Below are positions 31,051-41,742 of a stretch of 64,000 nucleotides of DNA, piece after piece; positions within the stretch are counted from its first letter, which is position 1; every line of letters begins with the position of its first letter. Both the position numbers and the translations under genes were made by a program. This DNA comes from a virus, in the IMG/VR virus record IMGVR_UViG_3300022752_000038, positions 31,042 through 95,041 of that record. The stretch is one strand, 5' to 3'. The notes under the pieces were generated by a model. The model was not told the origin of the DNA. It searched no databases and saw only the letters and a program-made list of their open reading frames with translations.

Positions 31051-32670
31051 ATGGCAAAACAAATTTTCTTTGATTCTCACAGTCGAGATGGCTTAAAGCG
31101 TGGAATTGATACGCTAGCAAATGCAGTAAAAGTAACATTAGGACCTAAGGGCCGTAATGTAGTTATTGACAAACCAGGCATGCCGCCCATTGTAACAAAA
31201 GACGGAGTATCTGTAGCTAAAGAAATTGATCTTAAAGATCCTTTAGAAAACATTGGCGCCCGACTAGTTAAGGAAGTAGCTAGCAAAACTGCCGATATTG
31301 CAGGAGATGGAACTACAACCGCCACGGTATTGGCACAGTCAATTATTACATCTGGTATTAAACATGTAGCAGCTGGAGCTAATCCTATAGAAGTAAAGCG
31401 AGGAATAGATAAAGCTGTAGCGGCCGTCGTTAACGAATTAGATAATATTGCAACTAAGATTGATAATGAACATGAAAAGATCAAACAAGTAGCTTCAGTA
31501 TCTGCTAATAACGATGATGCTATTGGTACATTGATTGCTGATGCAATGTCAGAAGTTGGATTAGAAGGAGTTATTACTGTTGAAGAAGCAAAAGGAATTG
31601 AAACGGAACTTAAGACCGTAGAAGGAATGCAATTTGATAGAGGCTATATTTCGCCCTATTTTATCACGGATAATGCTAAGATGGAAGCCGTGTACGAGAC
31701 TCCGTATATTCTAATCTTTGATAAGAAAATCAGCCATGTTAAACAATTCTTGCCGATACTAGAAAAGGTAGTACAGACCGGAAAACCATTGGTTATTATT
31801 GCCGAAGACGTTGATGGAGATGTGTTAGGTACATTGGTATTGAATCGTGTACGTGCTGGACTTAAAGTTGTAGCAGTTAAGGCACCAGGATTCGGTGATC
31901 GTAGAAAAGAAATGTTGATGGATATTGCAACACTTACCGGTGCTAATCTTGTATCTGAAGAATTAGGACGTACGTTGGAAGATACTACAATTGAAGATTT
32001 GGGTATCGCTGAAAAGATAATTGTAGCCAAAGACACTACTACAATTGTCAATGGTTACGGGGCAGCTGAAGATATCAACCAACGTATTGAAATTATTAAG
32101 AATCAAATCGATGGCAGTACTTCAGATTATGACCGTGAAAAGCTACAAGAACGCTTAGCTAAAATGGTAGGCGGAGTAGCTGTATTATCTATCGGCGCTG
32201 CAACAGAAGTTGAAATGAAAGAGAAGAAAGACCGAGTCGATGATGCAGTTAGTGCAACCCGCGCTGCGGTAGAAGAAGGAATTGTTCCTGGAGGAGGTGT
32301 TGCCTTTATACGAGCACAAAAAGCACTTGATACTATTAATGTAGACAACGATGATCAGTCGTTTGGTGTTAATATTATTTATAAAGCTATCGAATCACCA
32401 CTTCGACAAATTTGTGAGAATGCAGGAGTTGATGCATCGGTTATTATACGTGATATTAAAAATAGTAACGAGGTTGGTTACGGATATAATGCTCGTACAG
32501 AACAATTCGAAAACCTATTGACATCAGGCGTTATTGATCCAAAGAAAGTTACACGTGTAGCGCTTCAACATGCAGCGTCAATTGCATCAATGGTATTAAC
32601 AACCGAGTGTGCTGTTATTAATATTCCAGAAGAGAATACTAAGCAACAAGCACCTCAATATGATTTGTAA
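31051..32670 (+). CDS. groEL: Chaperonin GroEL
   Basis: [38 protein letters not shown]; no GGM tail. Confidence 0.97.
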   Translation: MAKQIFFDSHSRDGLKRGIDTLANAVKVTLGPKGRNVVIDKPGMPPIVTKDGVSVAKEIDLKDPLENIGARLVKEVASKTADIAGDGTTTATVLAQSIITSGIKHVAAGANPIEVKRGIDKAVAAVVNELDNIATKIDNEHEKIKQVASVSANNDDAIGTLIADAMSEVGLEGVITVEEAKGIETELKTVEGMQFDRGYISPYFITDNAKMEAVYETPYILIFDKKISHVKQFLPILEKVVQTGKPLVIIAEDVDGDVLGTLVLNRVRAGLKVVAVKAPGFGDRRKEMLMDIATLTGANLVSEELGRTLEDTTIEDLGIAEKIIVAKDTTTIVNGYGAAEDINQRIEIIKNQIDGSTSDYDREKLQERLAKMVGGVAVLSIGAATEVEMKEKKDRVDDAVSATRAAVEEGIVPGGGVAFIRAQKALDTINVDNDDQSFGVNIIYKAIESPLRQICENAGVDASVIIRDIKNSNEVGYGYNARTEQFENLLTSGVIDPKKVTRVALQHAASIASMVLTTECAVINIPEENTKQQAPQYDL

Positions 32671-32692
32671 TTTATAAAAAAGGAATTATATT

Positions 32693-32932
32693 ATGGCTAA
32701 CAAGGATATGACTAAAGTAGGTCTTGATACTGGCGCGCAACCTAAGTTGCGTGCTCAAGATCTCGAAAACATCGTTTGTGAAAACTGCGGTGGTAGATTT
32801 TTTAGACAGGTACATGGATTTAAGCGTGTGCCAAAATTATTATCGCAGTCTGGTAAGGAAGAAATTATTCCGATTCCAACATTTCGTTGTGATGACTGTG
32901 GACATATTAATGATGAATTTATGTTAGCGTGA
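32693..32932 (+). CDS. Zinc-ribbon protein
   Basis: CENC...CDDCGH. Confidence 0.7.
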   Translation: MANKDMTKVGLDTGAQPKLRAQDLENIVCENCGGRFFRQVHGFKRVPKLLSQSGKEEIIPIPTFRCDDCGHINDEFMLA

Positions 32933-33372
32933 GTACAAAAGCAGCAACCATATTCGATCACTTATCCCATATAACGGAGAAAAAAACTCCGTGGGATAAG
33001 TTATCGGAATTAGATCAAAAATCTTTTAGTCCATATCTAATTAATAGATGGCTATCGATGCATCCTGATTATATTGAGCTAGTTGATATGTTCCAACAAT
33101 ATACAATCGGCGGAATGGATCGTAAACATGTGTATCAATTATATTCGGATATACTACCTAAACGAAAAGTATTTGCTAAATATATAAAAGGCAAAGACTC
33201 TGATAAGTATAACAAAGAATTGATTGAGTTCATGGCTATGCACTATAGTGTATCTCAACGAGAAGCTTTAGAGTATGTTAGCATACTGATGGAATTAGAT
33301 GCGGATTCTATTGTAGAGTTATTACGTAAATACGGTAAGACTGATAAAGAAATAAAAGTATTAATGAAATGA
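32929..33372 (+). CDS. Clamp loader small subunit (gp62-like)
   Basis: GTG start; IFDHL, FSPYLINRWLS, LPKRKVFAKYIK, S.REA.EY. Confidence 0.75.
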   Translation: MSTKAATIFDHLSHITEKKTPWDKLSELDQKSFSPYLINRWLSMHPDYIELVDMFQQYTIGGMDRKHVYQLYSDILPKRKVFAKYIKGKDSDKYNKELIEFMAMHYSVSQREALEYVSILMELDADSIVELLRKYGKTDKEIKVLMK

Positions 33373-33623
33373 AAGACTTAATTACAGATGCGGTAATCGA
33401 GGATTTGCGTTCACGTAGTCAACGTGGGATTGCAAAATATAACACTACATTAGATCAGAATAACAAAGATGATTTCATGAATCATTTATACGAAGAGTTA
33501 TTGGATGCTGCTCAGTATGTTAAAAAAGAAATGTCTGTTATACCAGAACTTCAAAATCTTATACGTCAATATCCTAACGATATAGATTTAGGGCGTATTA
33601 TACGTGCAAAATATTATAAATAA
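33369..33623 (+). CDS. Small all-alpha NTP-pyrophosphatase-like (MazG-like) protein
   Basis: G..KYNTTL...HLYEELLDAAQY acidic EExxD motif. Confidence 0.45.
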   Translation: MKDLITDAVIEDLRSRSQRGIAKYNTTLDQNNKDDFMNHLYEELLDAAQYVKKEMSVIPELQNLIRQYPNDIDLGRIIRAKYYK

Positions 33624-33626
33624 AAT

Positions 33627-33659
33627 TTGGTTTTTTGAAGTGTAGTACTTATAATTAAG
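33627..33659 (+). promoter_or_regulatory. Class A bipartite promoter
   Basis: TTGGTTT at 33627, TTATAATTAAG at 33649; ATG at 33661. Confidence 0.75.
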
Positions 33660-33660
33660 T

Positions 33661-34599
33661 ATGGATAAGTTTATTAAGTATAGTATACGTGAACCTAAAG
33701 AAGGCGAACGTAAGATATCGTATTCACAATATTCAATGTATTCTACATGTCCCAAGCAATGGGAGTTAGCATATGTTAAAGGACTACGTACATTTTCGCA
33801 AAGTATACATACATTGTTCGGTACAGCGTTGCACGAAACATTGCAATTGTATTTAACTACAATGTACAATGATTCCGTTAAACAAGCTGATAATTTAGAT
33901 TTACATGGCATATTACGTGAAAAATTGTTTACTGGATATAAACAAGCCTATGAACAAATGGGCGAGAGACATTTTTCCTCTAAACAAGAGTTGTCTGAAT
34001 TTTATTTAGACGGCGTTGCTATACTTGACTATTTCCGTAAACATCGTAGTAAGTACTTTTCAACAAAGACAGAAGAGTTAGTTGGTATTGAAGTACCTAT
34101 ATATCATCCGGTATCAGATAAGCATTCTAATATATTTATGGTATCATATTTAGACGTTGTAATGCGTAATAAAAATACTAATCGATACAAAATTATTGAT
34201 ATCAAGACTAGTACTAATGGATGGAATAAGTATCAAAAAGCTAACAAGGTAAAGGCATCACAGTTAGTTTTATATAAGCATTATTATGCACAACAATTTG
34301 GAGTTGATGTAGACCATATAGATATTTTATATATGATTGTTAAGCGTAAGCTTATTGATGGAGCATTGTTTCCGCAAAAACGTATACAAGAGTTCAATCC
34401 AGCTAGCGGCAAACCTACACGTAACAAGCTTATTAATGAAATAACTAATTGGGTAGAATCTAGTTTTGATGCATTAGGTGAGTACAATACACAACGAGAA
34501 TATCCTGCCATAGCAGGTAAAAATTATAAAAATTGCAAATATTGTGAGTTTGCAGAAGATGATGAATTATGTCCGTTAAAAAACAGAATCAAGCTATAA
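33661..34599 (+). CDS. PD-(D/E)xK exonuclease (Cas4/AddB-like, probable Fe-S)
   Basis: ISYSQ..CP, FGTALH, YLD, IIDIKT, QLVLY, CKYC...C. Confidence 0.85.
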   Translation: MDKFIKYSIREPKEGERKISYSQYSMYSTCPKQWELAYVKGLRTFSQSIHTLFGTALHETLQLYLTTMYNDSVKQADNLDLHGILREKLFTGYKQAYEQMGERHFSSKQELSEFYLDGVAILDYFRKHRSKYFSTKTEELVGIEVPIYHPVSDKHSNIFMVSYLDVVMRNKNTNRYKIIDIKTSTNGWNKYQKANKVKASQLVLYKHYYAQQFGVDVDHIDILYMIVKRKLIDGALFPQKRIQEFNPASGKPTRNKLINEITNWVESSFDALGEYNTQREYPAIAGKNYKNCKYCEFAEDDELCPLKNRIKL

Positions 34600-34601
34600 A
34601 A

Positions 34602-35003
34602 ATGAAATGTGCGATTATCGGCAGTCGTGAATATGAAAACGTTAGTAAAGTCAAAGACATACTAACAGATCTTAAGAAACGATACGGTCCAGAATTAGTT
34701 ATTATTTCGGGAGGATGTCCAGATGGCGCAGATAAGTATGCTAAAAAGTATGCACTAGAGTTTGGTATTAACTATAAAGAATTTAATCCTGCACATACAC
34801 CTAGAAATTTGCATAGTGCCATGTCAGATAATTATTACGGCAAACCATATCATGTATCTCAGTTTCATCATCGTAACATGCTTATTGCAAAAGACTGTGA
34901 TGTTATGATAGCACTAATACCTAAAGGTATATCCTCAAAAGGTAGTGCTAGTGCAATAAATGCCGCAAAACGTTTCAATAAAAAAGTAGTTATACTAACG
35001 TAG
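34602..35003 (+). CDS. SLOG/YspA-like protein
   Basis: IIGSREY, ISGGCPDGAD, RN..IA, SKGS. Confidence 0.8.
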   Translation: MKCAIIGSREYENVSKVKDILTDLKKRYGPELVIISGGCPDGADKYAKKYALEFGINYKEFNPAHTPRNLHSAMSDNYYGKPYHVSQFHHRNMLIAKDCDVMIALIPKGISSKGSASAINAAKRFNKKVVILT

Positions 35004-35007
35004 TAGC

Positions 35008-35015
35008 ATATTTAT
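35008..35015 (+). promoter_or_regulatory. ATATTTAT motif (class B)
   Basis: Upstream of the first glycan-island gene (ATG 35047). Confidence 0.5.
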
Positions 35016-35046
35016 ATTAAATAAAAAGAACGGTTATAGGAGTTTA

Positions 35047-36501
35047 ATGCAACAGTTACAATTACCAAAGCTTAGGAAGATCGATCCTAACAAACCAAAG
35101 AAAAAGAAAATTTTATTGTTGTCAGATGACCTGCGTATGCATTCAGGTATCGCAACAATGTCACGTGAAATTGTCCTTAATACATGTAGCGAGTACGATT
35201 GGGTTCAATTAGGCGCAGCAATCAAACATCCGGATTACGGAAAGGTATTTGATATAAGTGCTGATGTAGCTAAAGAATCTGGAGTAGCTGACGCTAGCTG
35301 TAAAATTTATCCGTACAACGGATATGGCGATCCACAAATTCTACGTCAACTAATAGATATAGAGAAGCCCGATGCTATTCTGCATTTTACAGATCCTAGA
35401 TTTTGGGGATGGCTATATCAAATAGAACATGAGATCCGTCAACAGATTCCATTGATGTACTATAACATATGGGACGATCTTCCATATCCGTTTTGGAATG
35501 AGCCATTTTATGAGTCATGTGATTTGTTAATGAATATATCACGTCAAACGCAAAACATTGTAAAAAATGTAATACGTAAACATCCAAAGCAAGATTGGGC
35601 AGTACAATGGGTGCCACATGGTATCAATGAGCGATATTTCTTTCCTATAACGGAAGATATGCCAGTATGGAATGATTATGATAAATTTGTTACTGAGTTT
35701 AAAAAGGCGCATAATGCTGAATTTGTAATCTTTTGGAATAACAGAAACATACGTCGTAAACAGCCTGGCGATGTTATTTTAGCTTATAAGCGTTTTTGCG
35801 ACTCATTGCCAGCAGATCAATCTAGTAAATGTGTATTATTTATGCATACACAGATTGTAGACGAACATGGTACAGACCTAATGGCAGTTAAAAACACGGT
35901 ATGTCCTATGTATAAGATTGTATTTAGTGATAAACCAGTGCCAGCAAATATTATTAACTATTATTACAATATGGCTGATGTAACTGTAAACATCGCTAGT
36001 AATGAAGGATTTGGATTGTCTAGTGCAGAATCTATTATGGCAGGAACGCCTGTAGTAAATAATGTAACTGGTGGATTGCAAGATCATTGTAGATTTCAAA
36101 CCGAGGATGGTGAATGGATAGAATTTACGTCAGAGTTTCCTAGTAACCATAACGGCGATTATACGCAATGTGGCCAGTGGGCATATCCAGTATTTCCGAG
36201 TAATAGATCATTGCAAGGTTCACCATTAACTCCTTATATATTTGATGATCGCTGTAAATTTGAAGATGTAGCTGATGGCATTAAATATTGGTATGATATG
36301 AGCCGCGAACAACGTAAGAATGCAGGACGAATTGGACACGCATGGTTACGTAGTACAGAGTCAAATATGTCGGCTCGTAGAATGGGTAAACGATTTATCG
36401 AGTGTATGAATACGTGTTTCGAAAATTGGACACCTAGAAAAAAATATTCTTTTTATAAAGTTACAAAAACAACATATCCAGAACAAGTAGGAATTATATG
36501 A
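35047..36501 (+). CDS. GT4-like glycosyltransferase
   Basis: HSGIA, NRNIRRKQ, NEGFGLSSAE..MAGTP. Confidence 0.88.
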   Translation: MQQLQLPKLRKIDPNKPKKKKILLLSDDLRMHSGIATMSREIVLNTCSEYDWVQLGAAIKHPDYGKVFDISADVAKESGVADASCKIYPYNGYGDPQILRQLIDIEKPDAILHFTDPRFWGWLYQIEHEIRQQIPLMYYNIWDDLPYPFWNEPFYESCDLLMNISRQTQNIVKNVIRKHPKQDWAVQWVPHGINERYFFPITEDMPVWNDYDKFVTEFKKAHNAEFVIFWNNRNIRRKQPGDVILAYKRFCDSLPADQSSKCVLFMHTQIVDEHGTDLMAVKNTVCPMYKIVFSDKPVPANIINYYYNMADVTVNIASNEGFGLSSAESIMAGTPVVNNVTGGLQDHCRFQTEDGEWIEFTSEFPSNHNGDYTQCGQWAYPVFPSNRSLQGSPLTPYIFDDRCKFEDVADGIKYWYDMSREQRKNAGRIGHAWLRSTESNMSARRMGKRFIECMNTCFENWTPRKKYSFYKVTKTTYPEQVGII

Positions 36502-37826
36502 AACCATTTATTGTAATACAAGGACCAGTAGCTACCAGATCTGGCTACGGTGAACATGCAAGAGATCTAGCATATAGCTTAATTCAATCAAACAAATACG
36601 ATGTAAAGATTGTATCATTGCCATGGGGAGCAACGCCTATGAATGCATTGGATTTAAATAATCCTAAACATAAAGCAATTTCAGATTGTATTGCTAGACA
36701 AAACATAACAGTACGTCCAGATGTATTTATTCAAATATCAATTCCTAACGAGTTTCAGCCAATGGGTAAATACAATATTGGAGTTACTGCAGGAATAGAA
36801 ACTGATACAGTATCGCCGCAGTTTTTGGAAGGCTGTAATCGTATGGATTTAATTATTACAACGTCAGATCATTCCAAACAAAGTTTTGAAATGACTAGTT
36901 ATGAAATGCGCGATAAAAATACTAATCAGGTTACAGGTACACTTAAACTAGAAAAGCCTGTTAAAGTATTGTTTGAAGGATTAGATCTAGATGTCTATAA
37001 AAAACACAAATATGATTACAATACAATATTGCCTGAGTTAAATGATATTAAAGAATCATTTTGCTATTTATTTGTAGGGCATTGGTTAAAAGGAGACTTT
37101 GGAGCCGATCGTAAAGATATCGGATCTTTAATTAAAACCTTCTGTGAAGCATTTAAAAACAAAGCCAAACAGAATCGTCCGGCACTTGTACTTAAAACAA
37201 GTCATGCAACATTTAGTATCATGGATAGAGATCATATCATGCAAAAGGTGGAACAATTGTTAGCTCCATATGGCATTGATGCTCCTAGTGTGTATTTGAT
37301 ACATGGGGATCTGAATGAAAATGAAATGAATGCTTTGTACAATCATCCCAAAATCAAAGCGTTAGTATCATTTACTCACGGAGAAGGATATGGCCGACCA
37401 TTACTAGAATTTACAGTAACTGAAAAGCCAGTTATAGCTCCAAATTGGTCTGGACAAGTTGATTTCCTTAAGCATGCAGTATTGTTACCAGGAGAAGTTA
37501 CTCAGGTACATCCGTCAGCAGCAGATGATTGGATCTTGCGAGAATCTAGGTGGTTTACTGTTAATTATGGTCATGCTGCAGCTGTCTTGCGTGACATGAT
37601 GGAAAATTATAAGAACTATACAGATAATGCCAAGCGGCAGTCATATTTAAGCAAGACACAATTTTCTATAAATCAAATGTCAGCAATGTTTTGTAATATA
37701 GTAGAGGAGTCGTTAAATACAATGCCTAAACAAGTACAATTGCAATTACCAAAACTAAAGAAAGTCGGAGAAACAACGGACGCTCCTAAAATTACATTAC
37801 CAAAATTAAAAAAGGTTGAAGCATGA
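36498..37826 (+). CDS. GT4-like glycosyltransferase
   Basis: SGYG, DRKD, GEGYGRPLLE, WSGQVDF. Confidence 0.88.
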   Translation: MKPFIVIQGPVATRSGYGEHARDLAYSLIQSNKYDVKIVSLPWGATPMNALDLNNPKHKAISDCIARQNITVRPDVFIQISIPNEFQPMGKYNIGVTAGIETDTVSPQFLEGCNRMDLIITTSDHSKQSFEMTSYEMRDKNTNQVTGTLKLEKPVKVLFEGLDLDVYKKHKYDYNTILPELNDIKESFCYLFVGHWLKGDFGADRKDIGSLIKTFCEAFKNKAKQNRPALVLKTSHATFSIMDRDHIMQKVEQLLAPYGIDAPSVYLIHGDLNENEMNALYNHPKIKALVSFTHGEGYGRPLLEFTVTEKPVIAPNWSGQVDFLKHAVLLPGEVTQVHPSAADDWILRESRWFTVNYGHAAAVLRDMMENYKNYTDNAKRQSYLSKTQFSINQMSAMFCNIVEESLNTMPKQVQLQLPKLKKVGETTDAPKITLPKLKKVEA

Positions 37827-38326
37827 AATTAGAATACGATAGCATATCGCCGATCACAAAAAACTTATGTGTATTGTCTGAGCCAGATGACACTACGGGC
37901 GTTATGAGTTACATGTGTATGGAATCTGGATATGTCACAACAGACCAATTGATTGAAGGTTCTCAACAAATCGAAGAGTTCGAAAAGGGCATTACAACAT
38001 TGATGCGACAAATTAAATTTACAGATCCTGAAACTAAATTAGTTTGGTATCCTGCTTTTTTAAGATCTCCATATGCCATGTTGTTTTGTACCGGCACCAA
38101 TGAGCATGACATGTTATGGCAAGTAGCTAAAGTAGTAGATCTGCCCAAAGAATTGCGTGCACAAGTACCTGGTAAAGAAGGGGAATATTATACATCGATG
38201 ATTGATACGGCAAATGCTACGTCATATGATAAGGCTTTGTTCGAAAATGCGCTCGATTTATTTTATGAGATTATTTTTAAAGAGACACAAACAGACCCAA
38301 TTGAATTGAATCAAGATGAAAATTAG
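37823..38326 (+). CDS. Hypothetical protein
   Basis: 167 aa, overlaps both neighbours. Confidence 0.55.
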   Translation: MKLEYDSISPITKNLCVLSEPDDTTGVMSYMCMESGYVTTDQLIEGSQQIEEFEKGITTLMRQIKFTDPETKLVWYPAFLRSPYAMLFCTGTNEHDMLWQVAKVVDLPKELRAQVPGKEGEYYTSMIDTANATSYDKALFENALDLFYEIIFKETQTDPIELNQDEN

Positions 38327-38939
38327 TTACGCAGTTACAGTTTGTAATGAATTGGAAGAAATCAAACGTCTAATTAGTTTTCTCCATCAACACAAACGCC
38401 CTGAAGATGAAATTTGTGTTTTATTAGATAAACCAAAAGCCCCCCCAGAGTTATTATACCAATTAAGTGTATATTCTTCTGAAGGTTTTATTGTCTTAAC
38501 AGAAAGTGAATTTAAAGGACATTTTGCTGATTGGAAAAATCAATTAATGGATATGTGTTCTGGTGATTACATCTTCCAAATTGACGCTGATGAAATTCCT
38601 CATATTAATCTAATTGAAAACTTACCTGCGTTACTACGAGACAACCAAGCAGCTGACATGATCAGAGTACCTAGAGTAAATACTGTAGAAGGTTTAACTC
38701 AAGCACATATAGCAAAGTGGGGATGGAATGTAAATGAAAAAGGATGGGTAAATTGGGCTGATTGGCAAACGAGGATCTATAAGAATAACGGAATTGTTAA
38801 ATGGAAGAATAAAGTTCATGAAGTACTAGAAGGATTTAATATCCACGGCATGCTTCCAATGGAAGAAGAATGGGCTTTATATCATCCAAAAACAATAGAA
38901 CGCCAGGAACGTCAAAATAATTATTACAATACTTTATGA
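38316..38939 (+). CDS. GT2 glycosyltransferase
   Basis: ISYAVTVCNE, FADWKN, IFQIDADE, VHE. Confidence 0.88.
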   Translation: MKISYAVTVCNELEEIKRLISFLHQHKRPEDEICVLLDKPKAPPELLYQLSVYSSEGFIVLTESEFKGHFADWKNQLMDMCSGDYIFQIDADEIPHINLIENLPALLRDNQAADMIRVPRVNTVEGLTQAHIAKWGWNVNEKGWVNWADWQTRIYKNNGIVKWKNKVHEVLEGFNIHGMLPMEEEWALYHPKTIERQERQNNYYNTL

Positions 38940-39664
38940 AAAATGTAGTTATATTTCAAGACTGGGTTCAAGGGAAAACATATGGGCATGAATGGCAGCA
39001 AGATGAATTATTTTCATATTTTAGAGCACAGATTGATAATAGTTTAAGATTGGGCTGGAATCCTAAAGATATTGTTATATGTACTAACTTAGATTTTAAA
39101 TATAAAGATGTTACGATTATACAATTAAATGACATATGCCAGTACAATAAATATTTTAATAAACAATACGGTATCGCCGAAATATTACGACGTGAGTTAA
39201 TCACAGAACCGTTCTGGTTTCATGACTTTGACGATTGGCAGTTAAACGCATTCGAGTTTCCAGGCTTCACTGGCGATATTGGCGTATGTAGATATATAGA
39301 TGATTCGCAATGGAATACAGGATCTGTATTTGTCAAACCTTCAAGTATTGATATATGGGAACTAATTGTTGACTTCATGAAAATAAATGACGGGCATCCG
39401 GATTTATTGCAATCAGGAGATGAAAATATTTTTAATTTTATATATCAACAATATCCTTCAATACAACATAGATTTTGTTTATTAAATAATCAATATAATG
39501 TTGGATGTACACAATTCGACTATAGATATAAATCATCTAACTTGCCAGTGTATGTAGGAGCGTTTAAACCTAATGATATAAGTAATTATAAGAAGTTTTA
39601 TAGTCAAAATTTAATTGACAGTGAACTACATAATATATTTAAAGAACATGGATTATTATCTTAA
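38936..39664 (+). CDS. GT-A nucleotide-diphospho-sugar transferase-like protein
   Basis: WFHDFD (DxD), WNTGSVF, GDE.IFN, QYN. Confidence 0.6.
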   Translation: MKNVVIFQDWVQGKTYGHEWQQDELFSYFRAQIDNSLRLGWNPKDIVICTNLDFKYKDVTIIQLNDICQYNKYFNKQYGIAEILRRELITEPFWFHDFDDWQLNAFEFPGFTGDIGVCRYIDDSQWNTGSVFVKPSSIDIWELIVDFMKINDGHPDLLQSGDENIFNFIYQQYPSIQHRFCLLNNQYNVGCTQFDYRYKSSNLPVYVGAFKPNDISNYKKFYSQNLIDSELHNIFKEHGLLS

Positions 39665-39718
39665 ATTTATTAAGATAAATTGAAAATAGTTTATATATTG
39701 CTATAAATAAAAAATACT

Positions 39719-40147
39719 ATGAGAATAACTAATATTGACACTTTAAGTGCATACTTAGACAGACTTATTACAGAAAATATTAAATTATATTTTTTTAAGA
39801 AAGATGGTTTAGCTGATAAAGTAGAGCATCAATTAATAATAGTTTCTGAAATTAAGAAAAAAATATCTGAATTAATGTATGAAGTTGTTACTAACAGCTC
39901 ATATGAGTATGTGGAAGAATATCGTACTTTTAATGAAGATTCAATTATTGAAGAATTAGAAGAATTAATACAAAATGATATTAATATTGGAGAAGCTGAT
40001 AGAGCTAGACTAGAAGAAACAACAAAAGATATTCCTAATGTGGATCGTATGATTGTAAATGAAAAGCGATTACGTAAGGCTAATGAAGGTCGGGCTAGAA
40101 ATAAAAACAAAATCGATGATTTATTTAAAACGGCATTTAAAAAATGA
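39719..40147 (+). CDS. Helical hypothetical protein (DUF4254-like)
   Basis: LDRLI.ENIK ... N..R...KNKID coiled-coil pattern. Confidence 0.5.
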   Translation: MRITNIDTLSAYLDRLITENIKLYFFKKDGLADKVEHQLIIVSEIKKKISELMYEVVTNSSYEYVEEYRTFNEDSIIEELEELIQNDINIGEADRARLEETTKDIPNVDRMIVNEKRLRKANEGRARNKNKIDDLFKTAFKK

Positions 40148-41157
40148 GTCTGAATAAAACAATATTGATTACAGGTGTAGCTGGCCTGTTAGGAAGTAGA
40201 TTAGCTGATTGGCTTATAGAGAATAAGCCCGAGTATCGAATTGTCGGTATAGATGATTTAAGCGGCGGATATATAGACAACGTACATGTAAATGTAGCAT
40301 TTAATCATATTAATATAGCAACAAACGTATCATTACTTAGCGAGTTGTTCCAACGTGAAAAGCCTGAATATGTATATCATATGGCAGCCTATGCCGCCGA
40401 AGGATTATCTCCGTTTATTAGAAACTATAATTATCAAAATAATTTGTTAGCTACCGCGAACATTGTTAATGAATGTATCAAACACGATGTTAAGCGATTA
40501 GTATTTACATCTACAATGGCAGTATACGGCCATGGCGAAGGTGGAGTATTTGATGAACTACAGATGCCTAAACCAATTGACCCATATGGAGTTGCTAAGT
40601 ATGGTTGTGAAATGGATATACAAATTGCCGGAGAACAACATGGATTAGATTGGTGTATCATACGTCCGCATAATGTATATGGAGCTAAACAAAACATATG
40701 GGATAAATATAGAAATGTATTGGGTATATGGATGTATTATCATATACATGGGCAGCCTATAACAATATACGGCGATGGTACTCAAAAGCGTGCATTTTCA
40801 TATATCGATGATTCATTAGAGCCATTATTTAATGCATGTATTGAAGCAAAGGCATCTAAACAAATTATTAACCTCGGAGGCATTAAAGAATATAGTATTA
40901 ACGAGGCAGCTAATATATTATCAGATATATTAGGTGGCGCTAATAAAGTTTATTTAGAAAAACGTCATGAAGTACATACAGCCGTACCTACATTTCAAAA
41001 GTCGATTGATATATTAGGATTCGAACATCATACAGATCTTAAACAAGGATTATCTAAAATGTGGGAATGGGCACGACAACAGCCGAAACGTGATCGATTC
41101 ATATGGCCTGAATATGAAATAGAAAAAGGAATTTATAATTTTTGGAGTAAAAAATGA
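40144..41157 (+). CDS. NAD-dependent epimerase/dehydratase
   Basis: TGVAGLLG, STMAVYG, YGVAK, RPHNVYG. Confidence 0.92.
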   Translation: MSLNKTILITGVAGLLGSRLADWLIENKPEYRIVGIDDLSGGYIDNVHVNVAFNHINIATNVSLLSELFQREKPEYVYHMAAYAAEGLSPFIRNYNYQNNLLATANIVNECIKHDVKRLVFTSTMAVYGHGEGGVFDELQMPKPIDPYGVAKYGCEMDIQIAGEQHGLDWCIIRPHNVYGAKQNIWDKYRNVLGIWMYYHIHGQPITIYGDGTQKRAFSYIDDSLEPLFNACIEAKASKQIINLGGIKEYSINEAANILSDILGGANKVYLEKRHEVHTAVPTFQKSIDILGFEHHTDLKQGLSKMWEWARQQPKRDRFIWPEYEIEKGIYNFWSKK

Positions 41158-41741
41158 ATATAGAAGAAGTAGTAGATAGAGCCTTTAGTTTATATATGCC
41201 ACAGGAACGTGATGAGATTGTGCAATTAGCTAAGTTTGTTTATGAGTTACAACCTAAGGTTATAGTTGAAATAGGAACAAAGTTTGGTGGCACGTTTATG
41301 ATATGGAATGAAATAGCTCCCGGAATTAAAATAAGCGTTGATTTAGTTGAAGGTATACATGGCGGAGTATCTAGATCAGATACAGATGCGCGTAATGCTA
41401 GATTCAAAGAGTTGTATAATGATTCGTGTATTTTTATTGAAGGCGACTCGCATGATAAATCTACATATGATTTACTAGTTAAGACTTTAGGCGGTAAGAC
41501 AATTGATTTTCTATTTATCGATGGCGATCATACATATGAAGGTGTGAAAGAAGATTACGAAACATATTCTACATTGGTTAGACAATCTGGATATATTGGA
41601 TTTCATGATATTAATGATACGCAACGCCATAGAGATCGTAATGTGTATGTAGGTAAGTTATGGAATGAGTTAGTCGGGGAAAAAACTGAATTTAATGTTA
41701 ATGCTGATTGGGCAGGTATAGGAGTAATTAAAAAAGGTTAA
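41154..41741 (+). CDS. Class I SAM methyltransferase (Methyltransf_24-like)
   Basis: VEIGTKFGGT, GDS, FIDGDHTYEGV..D, FHD. Confidence 0.88.
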   Translation: MNIEEVVDRAFSLYMPQERDEIVQLAKFVYELQPKVIVEIGTKFGGTFMIWNEIAPGIKISVDLVEGIHGGVSRSDTDARNARFKELYNDSCIFIEGDSHDKSTYDLLVKTLGGKTIDFLFIDGDHTYEGVKEDYETYSTLVRQSGYIGFHDINDTQRHRDRNVYVGKLWNELVGEKTEFNVNADWAGIGVIKKG

Positions 41742-41742
41742 T

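Noticed and set aside
33661-34599. Cas4-like nuclease as a sign of a CRISPR system
   Set aside because: No repeat-spacer array or other cas genes seen; solo Cas4-like exonucleases are common in phage replication modules
39702-39709. T4 late promoter TATAAATA
   Set aside because: Only isolated copies noticed (also 33615) in very AT-rich DNA; not a consistent pattern
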